The translations under genes and the position numbers were made by a program. From positions 480,001 to 544,000 of the forward strand of contig CAXXXD010000004.1 of the NCBI GenBank assembly GCA_963663385.2: a DNA stretch of 64,000 bases, in the 5' to 3' direction. The notes below the pieces were generated by a model. It was not told where the DNA came from. It saw only the letters and a program-made list of their open reading frames with translations, and made no database searches. Origin of the DNA: Oceanispirochaeta sp. (GTDB lineage Bacteria; Spirochaetota; Spirochaetia; DSM-2461). Below are positions 1 through 8,639 of this stretch, one piece after another (positions within the stretch are counted from its first letter, which is position 1; the number at the start of each line of letters is the position of its first letter).

Positions 1-2
1 AT

Positions 3-632
3 TCAACGCAGTACATCCTCCTGGGCTGTACTGTTACGTTGAAACTCTTCTTTATCACCCTGATTGCTTCTCTCCCGCTGGGATTTATCTGCGCTATGGG
101 AAAAACATCTCACTGGAGAGCTGTCAGGGTGGTGATGGAACTGTATACTTCCATTGTCAGGGGGACACCGCTTCTATTGCAGATCTTTTTTGTCTACTAC
201 GGTCTCCCCATTCTGATTCCCGGCCTGCGTCTGGAGCGTTTCAATGCTGCGGCGCTTACTTTTGTACTGAATTACGGTGCCTATTTTACTGAAATCTTCC
301 GGGGCGGGATTCAATCAATCGATCGGGGACAGTACGAAGCAGCCCGGGTCCTCGGGATGAACTATATCCAGACTATGGTCAGGATTATCCTGCCGCAGAC
401 TTTTAAAAGGGTTCTGCCTCCCGTGGCAAACGAGGCTATCACCCTGGTAAAAGATACAGCCCTGATAGTCGTCCTGGGAATCGGCGATATCCTGCGCAAC
501 TCCAAGGAGATTGTCGCCCGGGACTTTACAATCAGTCCCTTTGTTATCGCCGCCCTGATCTATCTGGCTATGAACTATCTGGTGGTTCTGTTCTTTAAAC
601 GCCTGGAGAAGAGGTATTCCGTCTATGAATGA
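3..632 (+). CDS. Polar amino acid ABC transporter permease (HisM/GlnP family), 5' end outside the window
   Basis: RGTPLLLQ and [18 protein letters not shown] motifs; frame is open from position 3, upstream of the ORF-track start. Confidence 0.9.
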   Translation, partial: STQYILLGCTVTLKLFFITLIASLPLGFICAMGKTSHWRAVRVVMELYTSIVRGTPLLLQIFFVYYGLPILIPGLRLERFNAAALTFVLNYGAYFTEIFRGGIQSIDRGQYEAARVLGMNYIQTMVRIILPQTFKRVLPPVANEAITLVKDTALIVVLGIGDILRNSKEIVARDFTISPFVIAALIYLAMNYLVVLFFKRLEKRYSVYE

Positions 633-1374
633 TATGATTGTTCTCAAGGATCTCAGAAAATCCTTTGGAAACCTTGAGGTTCTGAAAGGGGTGGATCTTA
701 CTGTCAGAAAGGGGGAAATCATCTCTGTAATCGGGCCTTCCGGGTCGGGCAAGAGTACCCTGCTCCGTACCCTGATTCATCTGGAGAAAGCATCGGGCGG
801 TGAAATCTCCATAGAGGGAGAACAGACCCTGACTCAGTCGGGCAGGCATATCTCAGAAGCTCAGGTCAGGCACCGCTGCCGCAAACTGGGAATGGTTTTT
901 CAGAATTTCAATCTTTTTCCTCACAAAACCGCTCTGGAAAACATAATTGAAGCTCCCGTAACGGTTTTAAAGAAGGATAAGGATGAGGCCGTTCGCAAAG
1001 CTGAGGTGCTTCTGGCTAAAGTAGGCCTTACAGAAAAACGGGATACCTATCCCTACTACCTTTCGGGCGGACAGAAACAGCGTGTGGCTATTGCCCGGGC
1101 ATTGGCGATGGAGCCGGATATCATGCTCTTTGACGAGCCTACCAGCGCTCTGGATCCCGAATTGATCGGTGAGGTCCTGGCGGTTATCAAGGACCTGGCG
1201 TCAGAGCATATGACCATGCTTATCGTCACCCACGAAATGGGTTTTGCCAGGGAAGTCTCGGACCGGGTCGTGTTTATGGACGAAGGCAGGATTCTGGAAG
1301 ACGCCTCTCCCGAGAAGATTTTTACCAATCCCGATCACCCGCGGATTAAAATGTTTCTTGATAAGATGCTCTAG
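625..1374 (+). CDS. Polar amino acid ABC transporter ATP-binding protein (GlnQ family)
   Basis: Walker [37 protein letters not shown]; overlaps the permease stop. Confidence 0.95.
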   Translation: MNDMIVLKDLRKSFGNLEVLKGVDLTVRKGEIISVIGPSGSGKSTLLRTLIHLEKASGGEISIEGEQTLTQSGRHISEAQVRHRCRKLGMVFQNFNLFPHKTALENIIEAPVTVLKKDKDEAVRKAEVLLAKVGLTEKRDTYPYYLSGGQKQRVAIARALAMEPDIMLFDEPTSALDPELIGEVLAVIKDLASEHMTMLIVTHEMGFAREVSDRVVFMDEGRILEDASPEKIFTNPDHPRIKMFLDKML

Positions 1375-1610
1375 TGTCTGTTTATGGCTGATATTTACTG
1401 ATACTGGTCTGTATCAGCCTGCCTTCTATTCTCTGTTCATCTTCTCTGTAATCACAGGGGCATGAAATCCCTGAAAATTAACCCCGGCGGCTTCTTTTGG
1501 AATGCCTGTTTAAGTCCTTTGAAAAAAAAGCAAAGCAGCAAAAAAAAGACGTGATTTGTGAGCCTGATGTATTATAATATGAGGATATTGTTAGAACAGA
1601 AGGAGCCTTA

Positions 1611-2153
1611 ATGGCCAGGATATATCAGTTTCCCCATGATAAGCTTGAGTTGGATCTGTCCGCCCTGGCGGCGGGAGATCTGGCATATGATATTTTCCAG
1701 TTTCCCAAAAGCTGGATTCAGAAATCTTCCTGCAGTGAAGAAGATAAAAAGGACCTCCTTCCGGTTTTTGTCGATATTTTTTCTCTCCATCACCATTTTC
1801 AGGATGGGGGGGTACTGTCTCTTGAAAAAGAACTGCCTCTAATTCATCACAGTTTTCTGGGGGAAGGGATTCAAATGCTTCTTAACGGGACCTCTCCGGA
1901 AGAAATTGATCACAGGATGACAGGGAAGATCCGTTCGAGTCTCTGTTCCGGACGAAATCTGCTGGAAAAATTATTAATCAGAACGGGAATTCTCAGTATG
2001 GCAGTCGGGAATCTTCCCGGTACCACTCATACCCTTCTGATGGACCTTTTTGACTTTGAGGACCCGACTTGTGTTGTCGATATCCTTTTAAATGCTCTCA
2101 TGGGCAACGGACGGTCTGAGCAGGCTGAGATAATCCCTTTTGAATCCTGCTGA
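1611..2153 (+). CDS. Hypothetical soluble protein resembling MotA cytoplasmic segments
   Basis: AAGGAG RBS and TATAAT at 1573-1578; GVLSLEKEL..FLGEGIQMLLNGTSPEEI and IRTGILSMAVGNLP resemble the MotA cytoplasmic loop and C-tail; no clear TM helices. Confidence 0.55.
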   Translation: MARIYQFPHDKLELDLSALAAGDLAYDIFQFPKSWIQKSSCSEEDKKDLLPVFVDIFSLHHHFQDGGVLSLEKELPLIHHSFLGEGIQMLLNGTSPEEIDHRMTGKIRSSLCSGRNLLEKLLIRTGILSMAVGNLPGTTHTLLMDLFDFEDPTCVVDILLNALMGNGRSEQAEIIPFESC

Positions 2154-2165
2154 TATTTTCTCTTA

Positions 2166-3464
2166 TTAATTCAATTCCCCTGTCGTATCAAGGTAGAGCA
2201 TACCCCATCCTCTTTGAAGGTACTTGAGGGTCGTCAGTTTGAATTCTCTTTTTGTATTTGTAAGCTCAAGCCCCAACCTGATCTCCTCCCTACGGGAATC
2301 CTCAACCATCTTGATCTCTGCGGCTCTTATATATTCCTGTTTCTGACTTTTTATCACCCTGTAGGAACGTCTGCGGTAGGGGGTCCCGGCCATTCCCGTC
2401 ATATGAATCATCTTCAACCGGTTAAGAGGCCTTTCCCTGTAGGAGAGGAATCCTGAAGGGAGTTTTTCATCTGTTCCGTTCAGAATCTCAACCGGTCCCA
2501 GGGTCGGACTTACAGTGGCAAACAGTTCCCGCAGCTTGTAGGAGGTGGGCCATGTTCCCGATGTGGTATTGCGAAGGGTGTTCAGGATAATGGGAAGACC
2601 GGAAAATCGTGTGGAGCCTGATGTAATCTGAGGGGCTCCATCCTTTACCATATTCAGGCATAACCCATCCTCTCCCCAGGGAAGCATGGCTATGAATGTA
2701 TTCACGCCATGAGTCCGGGAGGCCCCTTTTAACAGCTGTGTCTGCCCGGATTGCCATAACAGGAGCGGGTTGGCCTCTATTGTTTCTCGGTTTCGGATGT
2801 AGCCATCCCCGCAGCAGAACAGAAGGGGTTTTTCCGGCAGGACGGAAGATATCTCGTTCCATTGTCCGGACAGGGGCTGTTTAAGCACAGTATTGATTAA
2901 CAGCTTATTCTCTTTTACAAGATAGGGCTGGTAATCTTCGACTTCCGGTGTAATGAAGTGAAAGGCTCCGGATTTTACCCTCTCCAGGCTTCGGGCCAGA
3001 TCTTCCTCCAGATCCGGCTTCAGGGGCGAGTAGTAGGCATTTATGGCAATCTCCCTGATCCCTTTTTTCTGAAATCCCTCCAGAAGCTTTTTTGCTTCTT
3101 TATTGCAATCCTCCCGGATATAGGCCAGTGTCAGACTGCACCCGGAAGACCCCACCCTGTTCATAAACTGCATCGGGGCCGAATAATCTCTACTGAGCTG
3201 AAGGTAGGCAATCTTTCTGTCGGGGTCTTTGACGAGACGGGAAAAGAGGCCCTGAATTTCATTCAGAATGATAACGGCTTTTATCTGGGATAAATTCAGT
3301 TTGTGATAACACAGAAAATCCTGAATAAAACAGGGAAGAGGCAAATCCTTCTTTCTTTCTCTTTCGCGGGAGTAGAATATCATCCCGTTTATTCCAAAGC
3401 CGATCTGTAATGTTTCATCTCTGAGGATGAGATACAGATAGCCCTTAAAAGTAATAGGATTCAT
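2166..3464 (-). CDS. Highly diverged hydantoinase/oxoprolinase-like protein (probable pseudo-enzyme)
   Basis: IAINAYYSP..E, ENKLLINTVL, CGDG and SGQTQLLKGA align with VAITSVFSP..E, ENATILNASL, QNDG and CGPTNSIRGA of 8636-10189; DVGGT motifs absent; start chosen at the ATG at 3464 (uncertain). Confidence 0.6.
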   Translation of the reverse strand: MNPITFKGYLYLILRDETLQIGFGINGMIFYSRERERKKDLPLPCFIQDFLCYHKLNLSQIKAVIILNEIQGLFSRLVKDPDRKIAYLQLSRDYSAPMQFMNRVGSSGCSLTLAYIREDCNKEAKKLLEGFQKKGIREIAINAYYSPLKPDLEEDLARSLERVKSGAFHFITPEVEDYQPYLVKENKLLINTVLKQPLSGQWNEISSVLPEKPLLFCCGDGYIRNRETIEANPLLLWQSGQTQLLKGASRTHGVNTFIAMLPWGEDGLCLNMVKDGAPQITSGSTRFSGLPIILNTLRNTTSGTWPTSYKLRELFATVSPTLGPVEILNGTDEKLPSGFLSYRERPLNRLKMIHMTGMAGTPYRRRSYRVIKSQKQEYIRAAEIKMVEDSRREEIRLGLELTNTKREFKLTTLKYLQRGWGMLYLDTTGELN

Positions 3465-4536
3465 ATAAGCGCTCCAGAGGGATATATTCATTGTTGTATC
3501 CGAAACATCCCGGTCCTATAAGATCCAGCATGGATCGGCTTTTTAACCGTACCGGAGCGGGTATACTCAGAACGGCAACTTTCATTCCCCTGTTCAGCTC
3601 ATGCTGCGATACAATCCTCAGAGTGCTGATATCTATCAGGCAGATAAGATCGGGTACCATTACAGCAATATTCCTGTCCCTGAAACCGATCAGGTATTCA
3701 TTCTGCAGAAGGATGGTAAAGCGGGATTTTTTGTAATTCCCGACACCTTCTATATTGAATTCCTGCCAGTTATGTTCTGTTCTGGCGGGTCTGTCTTTGA
3801 CCGTTCCTATAAACAGTTCGACAATACTTCCGTACTGGGAGTTCTTGGAGGTATTCAGGAGGCTCTCAAACAGCTCGCTATAGGATTTTTTATTGAGAAA
3901 ACAGCTCCCGATTCTATAGAGAAAAGAGATTGTTTCTGGAATCAGGCATTTTTTCAGGATTTTTTCAGTTGTACTGAATCCGGCAAAATAGGCTACCCCT
4001 GCCTCATCACTGACAATTTCCCTTGACTTAACCTCAAATAACAGGTTGTTCAGGTCCTCAAAGGCAAAATAATTCCCCCCGGGGGTCATAATGGAAAAGG
4101 GGGTCATTTTGATTCCGGCAGACTGGGCGGTGGTCATCTGAAACTCCGGAAAGGCCCTGGCCATGCAGTCGCCGTCTATTAAAGGTACACCCTTCATGGA
4201 CGCCAGGAGAACCGGGTAGAGGACATTGATGCTGGCGGCTTCGAGTGTGAATAAACCGTCTATGCTGCAGTCGTTCTCCCGGGAAAACCTCTCCAGTACC
4301 TGCAGTCCCTCATTTCCCGTAGGAGGGTGGGCTTCCATCATGCTCCCCATAATTCCCGTTGTGGCATACCCTTTTTCCGCATCAAGTTCATTTATATTTA
4401 AAAGAGGAACTTTGACTTTTCTTAATCTGTCCGTTAAAAGCTGAATAAGAATCTCTATCTGTTCTCCTCCGCCGCAGCTGGTTAAAAGTGATCCGTAGTA
4501 GAGCGGTCTGATCCAGGATTCATCAATTAATTGCAT
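3445..4536 (-). CDS. Diverged DUF917-family protein
   Basis: RAFPEFQM, QNEYL, VPDLIC and GP.CFGY are collinear with 7542-8639; ATG overlaps the activator stop (TAATG). Confidence 0.85.
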   Translation of the reverse strand: MQLIDESWIRPLYYGSLLTSCGGGEQIEILIQLLTDRLRKVKVPLLNINELDAEKGYATTGIMGSMMEAHPPTGNEGLQVLERFSRENDCSIDGLFTLEAASINVLYPVLLASMKGVPLIDGDCMARAFPEFQMTTAQSAGIKMTPFSIMTPGGNYFAFEDLNNLLFEVKSREIVSDEAGVAYFAGFSTTEKILKKCLIPETISFLYRIGSCFLNKKSYSELFESLLNTSKNSQYGSIVELFIGTVKDRPARTEHNWQEFNIEGVGNYKKSRFTILLQNEYLIGFRDRNIAVMVPDLICLIDISTLRIVSQHELNRGMKVAVLSIPAPVRLKSRSMLDLIGPGCFGYNNEYIPLERLYESYYF

Positions 4537-6119
4537 TATATATCCTCCTCGGATAAGCGTCGGTAGAGGGTCGCAAGGCTGATGCCTAGGTGCCTGGCCA
4601 TGGCTTTTTTCCCGTCTGTGGTCTCTCCGTAAGTCTGGAGAAGAGATACCAGCTCTTCATGGGAAATCCGGTTCTTTTTCCTCCTCTGTACTGTTTTTTC
4701 CGCTGCGGCTTTTTTCCGCGGATGAAAGAGGATGGCCGGAGGGAGATCCTCTTTTTCTATCAGCTCGCCAGGGGTTATGGTCATGCAGTACTGGATCGTA
4801 TTTTCCAGTTCTCTTGTATTCCCCGGCCAGTCGTAATTTTTCAGTGTTTCCATGGCCTCATGGGAGAGGTATTTGAATGAGCCCATTGCGCAGGCATACT
4901 TCCGTATAAAATAGTGGGCCAGTTTCTCGACTTCCTCCCTGTGTTCTCTCAGGCTTGGGAGGTTCAGGGGAATGACATTCAACCTGTAATAGAGGTCGCT
5001 TCTAAAACGGCTGTCTTCGATAAACTGTTCCAGATTCTTATGGGTGGCGCTGATAAAACGGACATCTGCCCTGATTGTTCTATGCCCGCCCAGGGGTTCG
5101 AACTCTTTTGTCTGAATAACCCTGAGCAGCTTTGCCTGGAGGGCAGGGGTCATATCCCCGATCTCATCCAGAAATACAGTACCCCCGTGGGCTATTTCCA
5201 GTTTACCCTTTCTTCCTCCCGAATCGGCACCGGTAAAAGCGCCTCTTTCATATCCGAAGAGTTCACTCTCCAGCAGGGCTTCCGGGATTGCCGCACAGTT
5301 TATGGCTACAAAGGGGTATTCCTTGCGCAGGGATACATTGTGGATGGCCCTGGCAAACTGTTCTTTTCCTGTCCCGCTTTCTCCTCTGATCAGTATGGAA
5401 GAGTCTGTAACGGCGGCCCTCACAGCTATGCTGATACAGTGTCTGAGCTGGGGGCTGTCTCCAATGATCTTCTGAAACCCGGAAGCTTTTTTGATGGCCG
5501 TATCAATACCGTTTGCTGTTTCTCCGGAAAAAGGGGTCCCCAGAATCATCCGGCCGATAAATGTATCTTCCCTGTAAAAATTATAGAGCCGGAGTTTGAG
5601 GGGGGATGTCCCGCCCAGCAGTATGGTATAGCTTTCGGAGGTCTCAATATTTTTGTCCTCCGATTCGGCGCAGTAATCGAAAAACCTTTCGGATAAATGC
5701 CATTTCCGGGCCGTCGGATTTTCATAATGGAGGATATTTCCTTTTTGAAGCAGTACAATACCTTTTTCACTCTCATTTGCTATTACTTCGATAACCTGGC
5801 TGAAGTAATGATTTTTCCAGTGTTCGATTCTGATCTCTTCCTGTTCTGTCAGGAGGCGACTGCAGAAAAGAAGGTGGCTTATTTCCTTTGAGGATTTGTT
5901 TTCCATATCCAGCCGGTTGTTGAAACTCCAATAGACAGAGTATTCCGAGGCGGTCAGGGTTGGGGGGACAAACAGGCTCCCCGTATCGCTGCTGACCGAA
6001 ACTGAGGTTTCAGCCCTCTCATGGGCAGTTGCTTTCCGAACTTTAATGCGGCAGTCGAAATATCGTTCCAGAGAATACCGGGTTTCCTGATTCATTGGTT
6101 TATCATAACTTATTTGCAT
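4536..6119 (-). CDS. Sigma54-dependent transcriptional activator (AAA+ bEBP with Fis-type HTH)
   Basis: GESGTGKE, ESELFGYERGAFTGA, FLDEIGD, WPGNTRELEN and C-terminal LGISLATLYRRL. Confidence 0.95.
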   Translation of the reverse strand: MQISYDKPMNQETRYSLERYFDCRIKVRKATAHERAETSVSVSSDTGSLFVPPTLTASEYSVYWSFNNRLDMENKSSKEISHLLFCSRLLTEQEEIRIEHWKNHYFSQVIEVIANESEKGIVLLQKGNILHYENPTARKWHLSERFFDYCAESEDKNIETSESYTILLGGTSPLKLRLYNFYREDTFIGRMILGTPFSGETANGIDTAIKKASGFQKIIGDSPQLRHCISIAVRAAVTDSSILIRGESGTGKEQFARAIHNVSLRKEYPFVAINCAAIPEALLESELFGYERGAFTGADSGGRKGKLEIAHGGTVFLDEIGDMTPALQAKLLRVIQTKEFEPLGGHRTIRADVRFISATHKNLEQFIEDSRFRSDLYYRLNVIPLNLPSLREHREEVEKLAHYFIRKYACAMGSFKYLSHEAMETLKNYDWPGNTRELENTIQYCMTITPGELIEKEDLPPAILFHPRKKAAAEKTVQRRKKNRISHEELVSLLQTYGETTDGKKAMARHLGISLATLYRRLSEEDI

Positions 6120-6213
6120 TATTTTCTCAAATATAGGTTTAATTTGGAAATGAGAAAAATGAGAAATTTGATAATTTTAAGGTTGAAACCCCTGCTTTTG
6201 CAGGAAATAACAG

Positions 6214-6230
6214 TTGGCATGTTATTTGTA
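6214..6230 (+). promoter_or_regulatory. Sigma54 (-24/-12) promoter for the permease operon
   Basis: TTGGCAT-GTTAT-TTGTA versus consensus TGGCAC-N5-TTGCW; 38 bp upstream of the ATG at 6269; next to the bEBP gene. Confidence 0.75.
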
Positions 6231-6268
6231 TTAAGAGATTCCCAAGAAAAAAACGTGAGGTATTATTT

Positions 6269-7555
6269 ATGTCAAAACAGGATAAGGAAGGATTTGTAGA
6301 ACAGCATGCCCTTGATCAGATACCTGTGAACCAGAGAAAGAGCTGGCTGAGTATCGCCCTTATATGGGCCGGCGCTATGATCAGTGTTACATCCCTGATG
6401 GTCGGGGGAGCCCTGGTTTCCGGACTCACTCTCGGGAGGGCAATAGGGGCTGGTGTTGCAGGTTATCTGATCATTATGGCCTTTATGGTTTTTCAGGGGA
6501 TGCAGGGGGCTGACCTGGGCCGCCCGACTGTTGTAAATGCGGAATCGTCCTTCGGGAAACAGGGCGCCGGATTTGTTATTTCCTTTGTGCTGGGAGTCTC
6601 TGTAATGGGTTGGTTCGCCGTACAGACCTCTGTTGCGGGAGCTGCTTTTTCCGGTTTTATAGCAGAAATGGGCGGGTCCTTTCCCCTGTGGCTCTCCTCT
6701 CTTATCTGGGGGACAGTGATGCTGGTTACGGCCATTATGGGAATCAGGGCACTGGCGTATCTGAACTATATTGCTGTGCCGGCTCTGATTATTCTGGCGG
6801 TTGCAGGGACTGCAATGGCATTCAGGCAGTATGGCATTGAAGGTCTCTCTTCTGTGCAGCCGGCCGCCCCCTTTCCGTTTTTTAACGGTGTGGCTATTGC
6901 GGTAGGCGGTTTCGCGGTTGGCGGCGTTATTGCCGCTGACTACTCCCGTTATGCCAGAGACCGGAAAGGTTCCATGCTCTCTTCTGTTGTCGGTGTTCTG
7001 CCTCTCGGTATTATACTGATTGCCTCCGGGGCTGTTATGGCTGTAGTAGCCGGAACATACGATATAACTGCTGTTATATCCTCTCTGGGGTTTCCTGTTC
7101 TGGGGTTTCTCACTCTGATCCTGGCGACATGGACGACAAATGCCGTAAACGCCTATTCCGGAGGACTGGCTATTACCAGTATGTTTAACCTGGACAGCAG
7201 CAAAAGGGCTTTTGCCACGGCTGTAGCCGGAGGTATCGGAACGATTCTTGCGGTTCTGGGGTTCATCAGCCATTTTATCTCCTTCCTGACTGTTCTGACA
7301 GCAGGTATAACTCCCATTGCCGGTGTTATGATTGCCGATTACTGGATCAGGAACAGGGGGAACGCGGAGAACTGGGCTCCCGCAGAAGGGATTCACTGGG
7401 CCGGGATTACTGCCTGGCTGGCTGGAACATTTACCGGTTTGTTTTTTAAATGGGGAAGCAGCGCGATCAATGCCATTGTCGTGTCCGGTGTCTGTTTTCT
7501 GGTTCTGACTCTTATTGCCGATAAAAAGGAGAAACTGGCTGATGCGAATTCTTGA
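6269..7555 (+). CDS. NCS1-family nucleobase/hydantoin permease (CodB-like)
   Basis: About 12 hydrophobic segments; GWFAVQ, ADYSRYA, WTTNAVNAYS, PIAGVMIADY. Confidence 0.9.
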   Translation: MSKQDKEGFVEQHALDQIPVNQRKSWLSIALIWAGAMISVTSLMVGGALVSGLTLGRAIGAGVAGYLIIMAFMVFQGMQGADLGRPTVVNAESSFGKQGAGFVISFVLGVSVMGWFAVQTSVAGAAFSGFIAEMGGSFPLWLSSLIWGTVMLVTAIMGIRALAYLNYIAVPALIILAVAGTAMAFRQYGIEGLSSVQPAAPFPFFNGVAIAVGGFAVGGVIAADYSRYARDRKGSMLSSVVGVLPLGIILIASGAVMAVVAGTYDITAVISSLGFPVLGFLTLILATWTTNAVNAYSGGLAITSMFNLDSSKRAFATAVAGGIGTILAVLGFISHFISFLTVLTAGITPIAGVMIADYWIRNRGNAENWAPAEGIHWAGITAWLAGTFTGLFFKWGSSAINAIVVSGVCFLVLTLIADKKEKLADANS

Positions 7556-8639
7556 TGAAAAAGCGATAGAACATATAGCCCTCGGGGCTTCCCTTCTGGG
7601 TACCGGCGGAGGAGGGGATCCTCACATAGGTAAGCTGATGGCTCTGGATGCTATCCGCAAGTATGGACCGGTAACCCTTCTGTCGGCGGACGAACTGCCC
7701 GATGATGCTTTGATTGTCCCCTCCGCCATGATGGGCGCCCCGGTTGTCATTATAGAAAAACTCCCTAACGGACAGGAGTTTATACATGCCTTCAAAGGTC
7801 TGGAAGGTGTTCTCGGGAAGAAAGTATATGCCACCATACCCATTGAGGCGGGGGGGGTGAACTCCATGATCCCCATTGCCGTGGCGGCTCAGCTGGGAAT
7901 TCCCCTGGTGGATGCCGACGGAATGGGCCGGGCCTTTCCGGAACTGCAGATGGTTACCTATCATCTGGATGAGATCCCTGCCAGTCCCATGGTTATTGCG
8001 GATGAAAAAGGGAATACGGTTATTCTCAATACCATAACCAATAACTGGGCGGAAGAGCTGGCCCGGGGGCTGACCGTTTCCATGGGCGCTTCTGTTATGA
8101 TCAGCATCTATCCCATGACAGGCCGGCAGGTTAAGGACTCTGCGATTCTGAATATAATGAGCTTTTCAGAGGATATCGGCAGGATCATTATGGAGGGCCG
8201 GGAGAAGAATATCCTTCCCCTGGATGAAATCCTTGAGATTACCAGCGGGTATGCCCTGTTTAAAGGGAAAATCACCGATGTGGAACGCAAGCTGGAAGGC
8301 GGCTTCAACAGGGGGCTGTGCAAACTGAGCGGAGTGGACGACTGCAGAGATCAATCCATGGATATTGACTTCCAGAACGAAAATCTTATTGCGACCAGAG
8401 ACGGACAGGTGGTTGCCACTGTTCCCGATCTTATCTGCATTGTCGATCTGGATACTATGGTGCCCATTACGACGGAATCCCTGAAATACGGACAGAGGGT
8501 TCTTGTTCTGGGGATCCCCTGCGATGCCAAATGGCGGACACCCAAAGGACTGGCGACGGTTGGTCCCCGTTATTTCGGCTATGATCTCGAATATGTGACA
8601 ATTGAAAAACTGGCCGGCAGGAAGGAGGTCCTTGTATGA
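7542..8639 (+). CDS. DUF917-family protein
   Basis: GTGGGGDP, MGAP, EAGGVN, DADGMGRAFPELQM, QNENL, VPDLI; AGGAG RBS before the ATG at 7542. Confidence 0.9.
   Translation: MRILDEKAIEHIALGASLLGTGGGGDPHIGKLMALDAIRKYGPVTLLSADELPDDALIVPSAMMGAPVVIIEKLPNGQEFIHAFKGLEGVLGKKVYATIPIEAGGVNSMIPIAVAAQLGIPLVDADGMGRAFPELQMVTYHLDEIPASPMVIADEKGNTVILNTITNNWAEELARGLTVSMGASVMISIYPMTGRQVKDSAILNIMSFSEDIGRIIMEGREKNILPLDEILEITSGYALFKGKITDVERKLEGGFNRGLCKLSGVDDCRDQSMDIDFQNENLIATRDGQVVATVPDLICIVDLDTMVPITTESLKYGQRVLVLGIPCDAKWRTPKGLATVGPRYFGYDLEYVTIEKLAGRKEVLV

Noticed and set aside
6272..7396. 374-aa antisense ORF over the NCS1 permease
   Set aside because: Shadow of a well-supported gene; no motifs; expected from codon bias
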